NCBI GenBank assembly: GCA_965202625.1
Contig: CBDBBI010000010.1
Coordinates: 2,496,001 to 2,560,000 of the forward strand
Length of the DNA: 64,000 nt
Direction: 5' to 3'
Origin: a bacterium
GTDB taxonomy: Bacteria > UBA8248
A model generated the notes under the pieces. It was given only the letters and a program-made list of their open reading frames with translations. It made no database searches and had not been told where the DNA came from. The position numbers were made by a program, and so were the translations under genes. Shown here piece by piece: positions 37,689 to 46,360 of the stretch; the stretch's first letter is position 1; each line of letters begins with the position of its first letter.

Positions 37689-39728
37689 ATGAAGCGTCCC
37701 GTGCTTGAGATGAGAAGAAACATCGGGGTCATATCTCACATTGACGCCGGAAAGACGACGACCACGGAGCGCATGTTGTTCTGCTCGGGCGCCGTGCACC
37801 GAATCGGCGCGGTGGACGAGGGATCGGCCACCATGGACTGGATGCGTCAGGAGCGCGAGCGCGGCATCACCATCACCTCCGCGGCCATCACCACGACCTG
37901 GGCGGATCATGAGATCACCATCATCGACACGCCCGGCCACGTGGATTTCACGATCGAGGTGGAAAGAAGTTTGCGCGTTTTGGATGGGGCGGTCGCGATT
38001 TTCAGCGCGGTGGAGGGCGTTGAACCCCAGAGCGAGACCGTCTGGCACCAGGCGGACAAGTTCAGCGTGCCGAGGATCGCCTTTATCAACAAGCTGGATC
38101 GTCAGGGCGCTGATTTTGAGCGCGCCGTGGAGATGATGGTCGAGAAACTGGGGGCCAAGCCCGTGCTCATGCACTGGCCCGATGGAGAGGGCGAGGGATA
38201 TACCGGCCAGGTGGAGGCGTTGAGCGGCGATTTTCTCACTTGGAATGGCGGGGAGAGCGCTCGCAGCGCGCCCCCTGACGCGCTCAAGTCCAAAGCGCGG
38301 GCGCTGAGGGACGCCCTCGTCGAGGCGGCTGCGGATTATGACGAATCCCTGATGGAGGCGTATCTGGAAGGGGGCGTCATTCGCGCGGAGGTCGTGAAGG
38401 CGGCGTTGAGGCGCGCGGTGATCGCCGGCGCGCTCGTTCCCGTCTTTTGCGGCGCATCCTTGAGGAACAAAGGGGTGCAGCCTCTGTTGGACGCCGTGGT
38501 GGATTATCTGCCGTCCCCTCTGGACGCCCCCCCCGCGCGCGGTCTCTCTCCCGGGAATGCGGAGCCCATCGCGCGTCCGCCCGCCGAAGACGCGCCCTTC
38601 TCCGCCCTGGCGTTCAAGGTGCAAATGGATGGAGGACGGCGCCTCACCTACCTGCGTGTGTATAGCGGAGTGGCGAAGGTAGGCGATATCCTGTGGAATC
38701 CCGCGCGAGGGGGGGGCGAGCGCCTCGCCAGGCTTTTCAGAATGTATTCCCACAAGCGCGAGCGCTTGGAGACCGTGGAGCCGGGCGATATCGTCGCGGC
38801 GGCCGGCATGAAGGAGGCGGCCACGGGCGACACCCTTTGCGATGAGAAAAATCCGATAGCGTTTGAGCCGATTCACGCGCCCCGGCCCGTCATCTCGGTC
38901 GCGGTGGAGCCTCAGGACGCCACGGGCGCCAAAAAATTGGGCGAAACCTTGATGAAGCTTCAGGCGGAAGACCCCACGTTTCAGGCGCGGGTGGATTCCG
39001 GGTCGGGTCAAACGGTGATGAGCGGCATGGGCGAGCTGCATCTGGAGGTGCTCGCGCGCCGCATAGACGAGGAATTCGGCGTGAGCGTCCGCGTCGGCAC
39101 CCCCCGGGTCGTGTATCGGGAGACGCTCGCGCGAGAGGCCGACGCGGAGTTCACCTTCGAGAGGGAGCTGGCCGGCGTCCCGCAGTTCGCGCGGGTGCGC
39201 GTGGGCGTGGCGCCTCGGCCCGGCGCCGGCGTTTCGTGCGAGAGCGAAATAGGGGATTCTACGATTCCTGCTCGTTTGATCGCCGCCGCGCTGGAATCTC
39301 TGAAGGCGTCCACCTCGAGTGGCGTCATGGCGGGATATGAGATGACCGATCTGCGCGTCAGTCTGCTTGAGGCGGATTACGACCCCGATCGCGGCACGGA
39401 GGCCGCCTTCTCTGTCGCGGCGGCGAGCGCGTTCACGGAAGCCTGCCGTGCGGCGGGCGGCCAGCTTCTCGAACCCATCATGGCGTTGGAGGTCGTCACG
39501 CCCGGAAAGTTTCTGGGCGGGACCATCGGCGACGTCAACGCGCGCGACGGGCAGGTCTCCGGCGTGGAGGAGCGCGGGGGCGTCTCGCCGGTGAGTGTCG
39601 TCCGCGCCTTGATGCCCCTCGCCAGAACGTTCGGCTACGCCACGGCGCTGCGCTCCATCACCCAGGGCCGCGCCATCCACTCCATTCGCTTCTCGCATTA
39701 CGCCCCCTGCGAGATGCCGGGCGCGTAG
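37689..39728 (+). CDS. fusA2: Elongation factor G paralog (EF-G2-like)
   Basis: HIDAGKTT, ERGITI, DTPGHVDF, NKLD, SGMGELHL; outside the str operon; divergent domain IV loops. Confidence 0.88.
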   Translation: MKRPVLEMRRNIGVISHIDAGKTTTTERMLFCSGAVHRIGAVDEGSATMDWMRQERERGITITSAAITTTWADHEITIIDTPGHVDFTIEVERSLRVLDGAVAIFSAVEGVEPQSETVWHQADKFSVPRIAFINKLDRQGADFERAVEMMVEKLGAKPVLMHWPDGEGEGYTGQVEALSGDFLTWNGGESARSAPPDALKSKARALRDALVEAAADYDESLMEAYLEGGVIRAEVVKAALRRAVIAGALVPVFCGASLRNKGVQPLLDAVVDYLPSPLDAPPARGLSPGNAEPIARPPAEDAPFSALAFKVQMDGGRRLTYLRVYSGVAKVGDILWNPARGGGERLARLFRMYSHKRERLETVEPGDIVAAAGMKEAATGDTLCDEKNPIAFEPIHAPRPVISVAVEPQDATGAKKLGETLMKLQAEDPTFQARVDSGSGQTVMSGMGELHLEVLARRIDEEFGVSVRVGTPRVVYRETLAREADAEFTFERELAGVPQFARVRVGVAPRPGAGVSCESEIGDSTIPARLIAAALESLKASTSSGVMAGYEMTDLRVSLLEADYDPDRGTEAAFSVAAASAFTEACRAAGGQLLEPIMALEVVTPGKFLGGTIGDVNARDGQVSGVEERGGVSPVSVVRALMPLARTFGYATALRSITQGRAIHSIRFSHYAPCEMPGA

Positions 39729-39944
39729 AGCTCCCCTGGGGGGGCGAACCCTCCATAAGATTTTCAGGATTTTTTGGCTTCTTTATCCGCTTCTTCAGCG
39801 GGAAGGTAAGGGCGGCGCCTCGAAGGACTTTCCCGCCCTCGCTTCGGGCCGATTTCCTGGAGAAGGCGCGCCCGCGCGATTTTGCATGGCGCATCTGCTA
39901 CCCTCGCCGCCTGGAGTTTGACGTGAGAAAAAGGCGGGTTTCGC

Positions 39945-40826
39945 ATGAGCACCTCCACCCTTTCGGTTCTCTTCTCGCTGTCCACCGCGTTGGTGGTCGG
40001 CTCCTTCTCCTTGTTCGTCAGAAGCGGACAGCGGCACGCGAACGCGGTCTCCGGCGTTCTCATCGGAATCATCGTCTCTTTTCCGGCACTCCTCGCAGGA
40101 GCGGTCTGGACATGGGAGAGCGCGCATTACCAGCCTGTGGCCTGGGCGTTTTTCGGGCTGGCCGGCGTCATGGGCCCCGCGGTGGGCAGGGTGTGTTTTT
40201 TCCATTCGATTCATCGGCTGGGCGTGGCGCGCGCGGTGCCGCTCAACTCCACAATGCCGCTCTTCTCCGCGATGATCGGCATGCTCGTCCTGGACGAGGA
40301 GCCGGGGACATACGTTCTGGCCGGCACGGCGCTCATCGTCCTGGGGTGCGTGGGCATCACCTCAAGGGGGGGAGAGGCGCAGCCCGTCGGAGGGCGGCAC
40401 CTGCTCGTCGCGCTGGCGAGCGTGGTTTTTTTCTCCCTCTCGCACGTGCTGCGGAAGCTGGGCGTGGGGCCCGCGCCCAATCCGTTTTTGGGGATATCCA
40501 TCATGAGCGTCTCGGGCGGCGTATGCCTCTACGTTTTCGGGCAATATCTGCCCGCGGCCCTCAGACCTTCCCTCAACGTGAAAAGGGCCTGGGCGGCATA
40601 CAGCATCGGCGGCGCGCTGAACGCCCTTGCGGTTCTCTTCCACCTCTATGGCCTTCGCTACGGAGACCTCACCATCGTCATTCCGCTCTCTGCGACCGCC
40701 CCCTTGTGGGCGCTGCTGTTCACGGCCATCTTCTTGCGCAAGCGCGAGCGCATCACCTGGCCGATCCTTCTGGGCACGGCGGCGGTGGTCGCAGGCGGCG
40801 TCCTGGTGGCGGGCCGCGCCCTCTGA
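39945..40826 (+). CDS. EamA/DMT family transporter
   Basis: About 10 TMs in two repeats; G..RA.PL...PLF...L.E pattern. Confidence 0.85.
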   Translation: MSTSTLSVLFSLSTALVVGSFSLFVRSGQRHANAVSGVLIGIIVSFPALLAGAVWTWESAHYQPVAWAFFGLAGVMGPAVGRVCFFHSIHRLGVARAVPLNSTMPLFSAMIGMLVLDEEPGTYVLAGTALIVLGCVGITSRGGEAQPVGGRHLLVALASVVFFSLSHVLRKLGVGPAPNPFLGISIMSVSGGVCLYVFGQYLPAALRPSLNVKRAWAAYSIGGALNALAVLFHLYGLRYGDLTIVIPLSATAPLWALLFTAIFLRKRERITWPILLGTAAVVAGGVLVAGRAL

Positions 40827-40998
40827 GGAGGCGAAAACCCGCGCGTTTTGGTATAAGCCGGGCTCCACGACCGGTTTCTTCCGGTCCGCCGGCGGCGCAC
40901 GGTGGGGTGTCTCTCAGAGCAGCGTCCAGGCGAAAGACTGCCCTGCGCGTATTGACGCAAGGGGGCGTTTTTAAAAATTTTTCGAGGGGGAATGCGCA

Positions 40999-41382
40999 AT
41001 GAAATACGTCTGCAGGGTTTTTGGAGTTTTTGCGTTAGGCGTTTTTTTTGCGGCGACTCTCGCCATGGGCGCGGATGCGGTCGGCGGCCGCATCGCGCTC
41101 CACCTCGCGGGCGGGGAGGTGCAGGGCGGGCGAAAGGTGGTGCGCGTGAAGCAGGGGGAGGGGGTGCGGCTTGCGCTGACGTCCGATCTGCGCGCCGAAG
41201 TACACCTCCACGGCTACGACCTGGAAAGGGAGGTGCGGCCGGGCGAGGTCGCCGTGATGGAATTTCGCGCCAGAGTGGCGGGCCGGTTTCCCGCAACCCT
41301 GCACGCTTCCCACTCCCATGAACCGGCAAAGGGCGGTGCCCACGGAGAGAAAGTGCTGTTCTATCTGGAGGTGCATCCATGA
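40999..41382 (+). CDS. Secreted cupredoxin-like protein
   Basis: Signal peptide, VKQGEGVRL, EVHLHGYD, F.A..AGRF, His-rich C-terminus. Confidence 0.65.
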   Translation: MKYVCRVFGVFALGVFFAATLAMGADAVGGRIALHLAGGEVQGGRKVVRVKQGEGVRLALTSDLRAEVHLHGYDLEREVRPGEVAVMEFRARVAGRFPATLHASHSHEPAKGGAHGEKVLFYLEVHP

Positions 41383-42851
41383 CGCGGGCGGGCTTCATGA
41401 GGCTTTTCGTTCTGGCTGCCGGACTCGCCGCCGCCGTTTCTCTTCCCTCCTTCGCGTCGGCCCATGGGTTCGGCCAAAGATACGATCTGCCCGTGCCTCT
41501 GGGGTTGTTCATGCTCGGGGCGGGCGCGTCCGTTGCGCTCTCGTTTCTGGGAGTGGGTCTTTTCGTGCGCGCGGGGCGCAGAGGCGCGGATTATCCGCGC
41601 TGCGATCTCCTCGGTTCCCCGTTCACCTCGTGGATGGGCGGTGCGCGTCTCCTCTCGTCTATCAGGGCGCTTTCCTTGCTCTTGTTTGTCCTGACGCTGG
41701 CGGCGGGTCTGTGGGGAACCGAAAATCCGGAAAAAAACCTCGCTCCCACCATGGTCTGGATCGTCTGGTGGGTGGGCCTGGCCTACGTCTGCGCGCTGGC
41801 GGGGAACCTGTGGGCGCTGGTAAATCCCTGGGAGATCGCGTTTTCCTGGGCGGAGGCGCTCTACCGAAAAATGCGTCCGGGCGATTCCCTCTCGCTCGAG
41901 CACCCCTACCCTGAACGCCTGGGCGCCTGGCCGGCGCTGTGCCTGTTCCTGTGGTTCGCCTGGGCCGAGATCGTCTGGCCGTATAACGACCTCCCCCGTA
42001 ATATCGCGCTCGCCGCTCTGGGCTATTCCGTCATCACCTGGGCGGGTATGTACGTCTATGGCAAAAGGGCGTGGCTCGAAGGGGGCGAGGCGTTCTCCGT
42101 CATCTTCGGCGTGATGAGCCGCTTCTCCAGCACCGAGGCGGGTGCGAACGGGGATGGGGACGCGCGCGGGCGGTGGCGGCTCAGACCCCCGGCCGTGGGG
42201 CTGCTCGATGAGGATGGCGTGAGCGATTCCATGGTGGCTTTGGTGGTGTTGATGCTGTCGACGGTGAGTTTTGACGGCTTTACCGAAACCCCGCTTTGGC
42301 ACGTGATCCGCGCCGGAATATACGAGGGAGTCGCCTGGGCGGGGCGCGACGCCCTGCTCCTTGCCGACACGATTGCCCTCCTCTCCGCTCCGGTGCTGTT
42401 TCTGGGCGCGTACTACGGCTTCTGCGCCTTGATGCGCGCCATGAGCGGAAGCGCGCTCTCCACGCCTCAATTCGCGCGCCTGTTCGTGCTCTCCCTCGTG
42501 CCCATCGCGGTGGGGTATCACGTGGCGCATTATTTCTCTTTTCTTCTCGTTCAGGGGCAGCGCGTCATCGCGCTTTTGTCCGATCCTTTCGGGGCGGGCT
42601 GGAACCTGTGGGGGACGGCCGCCTACGAGATCGACATCGGCGTCATCGGCGCGAGGACGACCTGGCGCGTCTCGATAGCGGCGATCGTCATCGGCCACGT
42701 CTGCGCCGTCTATCTGGCCCACCGCACGGCGCTTCGCGCTCTGGAGAACCGCTTCGCCGCAGTGCGCAGCCAATACCCCATGCTCGTCCTCATGGTGGGC
42801 TACACCATGGCGAGCTTGTGGATCGTCGCCCAGCCGATAACGGGGGGATGA
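41379..42851 (+). CDS. Conserved multi-pass membrane protein (FedB-like family)
   Basis: AHGFGQRYDLPVPL, WWVG, NPW, SFDGF, SLVPIAVGYHVAHY, SDPFG.GW, GHV, SQYP; ATGA overlap with upstream gene. Confidence 0.7.
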   Translation: MTRAGFMRLFVLAAGLAAAVSLPSFASAHGFGQRYDLPVPLGLFMLGAGASVALSFLGVGLFVRAGRRGADYPRCDLLGSPFTSWMGGARLLSSIRALSLLLFVLTLAAGLWGTENPEKNLAPTMVWIVWWVGLAYVCALAGNLWALVNPWEIAFSWAEALYRKMRPGDSLSLEHPYPERLGAWPALCLFLWFAWAEIVWPYNDLPRNIALAALGYSVITWAGMYVYGKRAWLEGGEAFSVIFGVMSRFSSTEAGANGDGDARGRWRLRPPAVGLLDEDGVSDSMVALVVLMLSTVSFDGFTETPLWHVIRAGIYEGVAWAGRDALLLADTIALLSAPVLFLGAYYGFCALMRAMSGSALSTPQFARLFVLSLVPIAVGYHVAHYFSFLLVQGQRVIALLSDPFGAGWNLWGTAAYEIDIGVIGARTTWRVSIAAIVIGHVCAVYLAHRTALRALENRFAAVRSQYPMLVLMVGYTMASLWIVAQPITGG

Positions 42852-42932
42852 CGGCTTGCGAGGGCGCGGGTCTTCTCTTTCGCCCCTCGCGCGCCATGTC
42901 ATGGAGAGGGGGGCACCAGCCGCCGCATCGGT

Positions 42933-44225
42933 TCAGGGGAGTTCGGGCAACGCCATCCCTTCGCGTTTCGATTCCGGGAATTGTCTGCGGTAGTCCTCCA
43001 GCAATGCGCTCTTTTTCTTCGCATCCATCCTCTCGCCGGCGAGGTGGGCGATGAGATCGGTCGCCAAATTGCGATTTTTGGTGATGATTCTGCCGTCTGC
43101 GGCCCCGCCCGTCCAAAGAACGCCCTCCCACACTTTCTCGATGTTGTCTTCGGTGATCCCCCAGGGCAGGGCGTTCAAACTCTCGCACGCTTGCTGGTCG
43201 CTCATGTTGGTGGGAGCACCCGTGAGACGCAAAAAGGCGCGTACGAGACATTCCTGCCCCACAGGTTTGCCCAGCAGGTTCGCTTTCCGTATTTCTCGAC
43301 GCTTTTCGTCTCCCGATTCTCCCGATTCCTCTCGATCGCTCAGTGCATCGGCGAATACGTCGATTTCTTCCACCAGCGTTTCCCACACGCGCCGCACTTT
43401 ATCCCGGTAGAGGTGTTGTTCTTTCTTATCGGGTAGGTTGGTCGTGTCCAGTTTACCTTTAGGAAATGTCGTCTCGATAATCGCCTTGTTGCAGTTGTAG
43501 ATGATGGCCAGAGTGGTGAACTCCGGATCTCTCGGACGCAAGGTGTTGCTGGTGTATTTTGCGAGGCGTCCATCAAGCAGATCGTTGGTTATTTCGCGCG
43601 CGAGCACAGCGGCGAAATCGTCATCGTCTGTAACGATGTTTTGACCGGTCGTGATTTTTCTGGCGTATCGGTTGACGCGCGTGAAAATTTTGCGCGCTTT
43701 TTGCGGTTCGTAGGCGACCAGAATGACGGTAACGTCCTCTCGCGCCAGTTGCGCGCATGGCTCGATGCCGGAAATGTCGCGCGAAAAACCATTCTGGTCT
43801 CGCCCGGTAACGGCGAACTCAATCGCTTTCAGCCGGTGCTGTCCATCCAGTGGGACGAGCATCTCTCCTCCGGTGAAAGTGAGAAAACCCATGCCGGAAG
43901 CGGCTGTGCGATACAGGTTGGGCAAGCCTTTCGTCGTCATGTCAGATAAAGGCTCGAATAAGATTTCCTCCCCAAAGTTCATCGCTGCGACAATGATGGC
44001 GCCGAAAAAACGCGATTCATCGTTGGCCAGATACGGAGCGATTTGTTTTTTGACGCGGTTGTAGTTGATGTCGGATTGGTAGCGCTCCTCAATGGACATA
44101 TCGTCCCAACCTTCCATCTCTTTGGGAATTCTGACGCTGCTTATCAATTCCCCCGCCTTCATCGTGAGAATATAATAATCCGTGTCGCCCAACCGAGCCT
44201 TCATCGCGGCAATCGCTTTGGCCAT
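42933..44225 (-). CDS. DndB-like DGQHR-domain protein
   Basis: RVKKQIAPYL, RFFGAIIV, LDGQHRLKAI, IFTRVNRYA; own RBS AAGAGG. Confidence 0.85.
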   Translation of the reverse strand: MAKAIAAMKARLGDTDYYILTMKAGELISSVRIPKEMEGWDDMSIEERYQSDINYNRVKKQIAPYLANDESRFFGAIIVAAMNFGEEILFEPLSDMTTKGLPNLYRTAASGMGFLTFTGGEMLVPLDGQHRLKAIEFAVTGRDQNGFSRDISGIEPCAQLAREDVTVILVAYEPQKARKIFTRVNRYARKITTGQNIVTDDDDFAAVLAREITNDLLDGRLAKYTSNTLRPRDPEFTTLAIIYNCNKAIIETTFPKGKLDTTNLPDKKEQHLYRDKVRRVWETLVEEIDVFADALSDREESGESGDEKRREIRKANLLGKPVGQECLVRAFLRLTGAPTNMSDQQACESLNALPWGITEDNIEKVWEGVLWTGGAADGRIITKNRNLATDLIAHLAGERMDAKKKSALLEDYRRQFPESKREGMALPELP

Positions 44226-44267
44226 CCGGAACCTCTTAATGGTTGTGATGCTCGTTTTTTCTGGCCG

Positions 44268-44579
44268 CTAAAGCCGGATTAAGCGTCGCTCAAAGCGGTC
44301 AATTCTCCTTGGCTCTGGCTCCATGCGCATATAGCATATGTCCAGAAATGCGCCAAATTCCGCGATCCACAACCTGAGCGTTTCATTGTGGGAGCCGCGC
44401 CAGTGGTCCTTGAGTCGCTTTTGTATGGGTTGCCTGGGTGCCTGGCTTACGTAAACGCACTTGCCAGTCTTTCGAGACCAAAAAGCGTAAACGTCATGTG
44501 CCGAGCGCGGTATTCTGTCGATGGTGTTGTAGTCCCACCTGAAAACTTCGCGGTGCTTATCCTTCTTTTGTTGACGCAT
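44268..44579 (-). pseudogene. Degenerate GIY-YIG nuclease-like protein
   Basis: DVY-x-YVS in place of GVY/YVG, RLKDH, ERRLI; TAG where W-x-P-x-x-N is expected, plus an apparent 1-nt deletion just downstream. Confidence 0.55.
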
Positions 44580-46360
44580 GAATCAAAAAGACCACACTTT
44601 CTTTGCGGCGATTCTCTCCAGCTTTTCTGCTTGGCGGCTATCGCGTCTGGCGACCACTCTTCGTGAGCAATCTGTCGGGTAAGCGCGACGGCACTACGCC
44701 CGAAAATCTCTTTCTTTCGGGCAAAGCTCGCGTTGTCGCTTTTGCCTGGCCTGTTGTCTTTCTGCCCGATCAGAGTCAGATTGCCTATCCGATGAATCCA
44801 ATGCTCAGGTTTTTGCTCCTTGAAATTCTTCCAGTCTGCCCAATGCTCTGGCGACTTGGGAAGAATATGCTCCACCGTGCAGTGGGCTTCGTTAATCAGG
44901 TCGCTGTCGCTTTGCATGTGATGGTTCACGCTGAGCAGAAAACGCTTGCTTCTTCTTCTCGCATCGCGGATTTCGATAGATTTCATTTTCTCGATGAATG
45001 TATCGTCGTCGATGATTCCGTAGGTTCCGTCGAATTCTTCTAAGGCGGCCATGACGTCAATATCGTCCAGTTTTTCGGTGGCCATGATTTTTTTCGCCAG
45101 GGCCGAAAACTCGCTCTCGAAATGCGAAGGCTCAAATTTGGGGGAGACGAAAGCCGTCCGCATGATGAAAGAGGTGATGCGTTTGAGATCAGCGTGAATG
45201 CGTTTCGCCAAACGCCTTTTTTCTCTTGTATCCGGTTCTATGACGTAGCGGCTCAACAGTGCGAACACCATCGGTTGTGCCACCTTGTAGGTTTTCAGTT
45301 CCTGAAGAAAAACGGACAGGTTTCGCTTGCGGTTATTCGAGTGGGAATGCTTTTGAAAAATTTGGATAAAATCACCCGTCATGCTTGGACTTGTGATTGT
45401 CTGGAAAAGCTCCACGCTGTCCGGGCGGGAGAATTCACTCACCAAATTATAGATATAGTTCGCTGGATTTTTGGAATCAATTACGGAGCGAATGGTGTTG
45501 CGGGTCGTCCGGTAAAAACTTTTTTGGGGCAAAAAGCCGTATTTGCACTGAAAATAGCATCGTGCGTATTCGCCCGCCTTCATGTCGTTCCTCAATTGCG
45601 CGCGCATATTTTCCAGGTTCTCGTGTACCGTGTCGCGCCGTGCTTGTTCCTCGGGTGCGTTGAAATAGGAATACATGAAATTGCGAATCAGATCCCAATC
45701 CTCAAGTTGCTTGCCTCGGCAGTTGATCGTCTCATACACGGAGTTCGGGTCTACTGCATCTGGTATGTAGAGGCACGCGACTTCAATTTTTTTGAGCAAA
45801 AATTCCATGAATCGTTTGGCGTTTTCTGGTTCCATAAGAGAGATGAATTGATCGATCTCCCGCCACGCATCGGTGAGTTTGCCGTTTGTTCCGATGCTGT
45901 CTCCGCGAATCATCAGGTTGTAGCGTGTTTTGTCGTCTCTCGGCGGCGTGAGGCGGGGTTCAAATTCGCTGACGTCGTCAAGCCGCGCCGCGTTGGTCGC
46001 ACCCAAATCGAACAAAACCTTAAGCGCGAAATACTCATATATTTGTTCGTTCGCCTCTTGAAACAAGCGACTGAGGCGCGCGCAAACGAGGGAGACCGTC
46101 ACCATGCGTTGCTGGCCGTCGTTGATTTCCCAAACTTTCGTTCCTTTTTCCACTAGCATGATCGCACCGAGAAAATAACAGTTGCGATTTTCTTTGATGG
46201 CTTCATCTATGTCCTCAAGCAATTCCCGAACGTGCTCTTTCGTCCAGTCGTATCGCCGTTGATGCCAGGGCACGACGAACTTTCCCGCGTGAAACAGGTG
46301 CGAGAAAACCCTCTGCCTCGTTGTGATGATGGTTTCTTCGGCGGCGGGCGTTGTGCTCAC
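44447..46360 (-). CDS. DUF262-DUF1524 (GmrSD/SspE-like) nuclease with C-terminal frameshift
   Basis: PWHQRRYDW, INDGQQR, YETINCRG (DUF262); TVEHILP, RIGNLTL...N (DUF1524 HNH); GTG start overlaps dndC stop; likely native end VWSF* at 44583. Confidence 0.88.
   Translation of the reverse strand: MSTTPAAEETIITTRQRVFSHLFHAGKFVVPWHQRRYDWTKEHVRELLEDIDEAIKENRNCYFLGAIMLVEKGTKVWEINDGQQRMVTVSLVCARLSRLFQEANEQIYEYFALKVLFDLGATNAARLDDVSEFEPRLTPPRDDKTRYNLMIRGDSIGTNGKLTDAWREIDQFISLMEPENAKRFMEFLLKKIEVACLYIPDAVDPNSVYETINCRGKQLEDWDLIRNFMYSYFNAPEEQARRDTVHENLENMRAQLRNDMKAGEYARCYFQCKYGFLPQKSFYRTTRNTIRSVIDSKNPANYIYNLVSEFSRPDSVELFQTITSPSMTGDFIQIFQKHSHSNNRKRNLSVFLQELKTYKVAQPMVFALLSRYVIEPDTREKRRLAKRIHADLKRITSFIMRTAFVSPKFEPSHFESEFSALAKKIMATEKLDDIDVMAALEEFDGTYGIIDDDTFIEKMKSIEIRDARRRSKRFLLSVNHHMQSDSDLINEAHCTVEHILPKSPEHWADWKNFKEQKPEHWIHRIGNLTLIGQKDNRPGKSDNASFARKKEIFGRSAVALTRQIAHEEWSPDAIAAKQKSWRESPQRKCGLFDSCVNKRRISTAKFSGGTTTPSTEYRARHMTFTLFGLERLASAFT

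Noticed and set aside
44226-44270. TAG of the GIY-YIG ORF is in frame with the DGQHR ATG, suggesting readthrough or pyrrolysine fusion
   Set aside because: The DGQHR gene has its own AAGAGG RBS. A TGG-to-TAG change plus a 1-nt deletion explains the sequence more simply, and no pyl genes are in the window.
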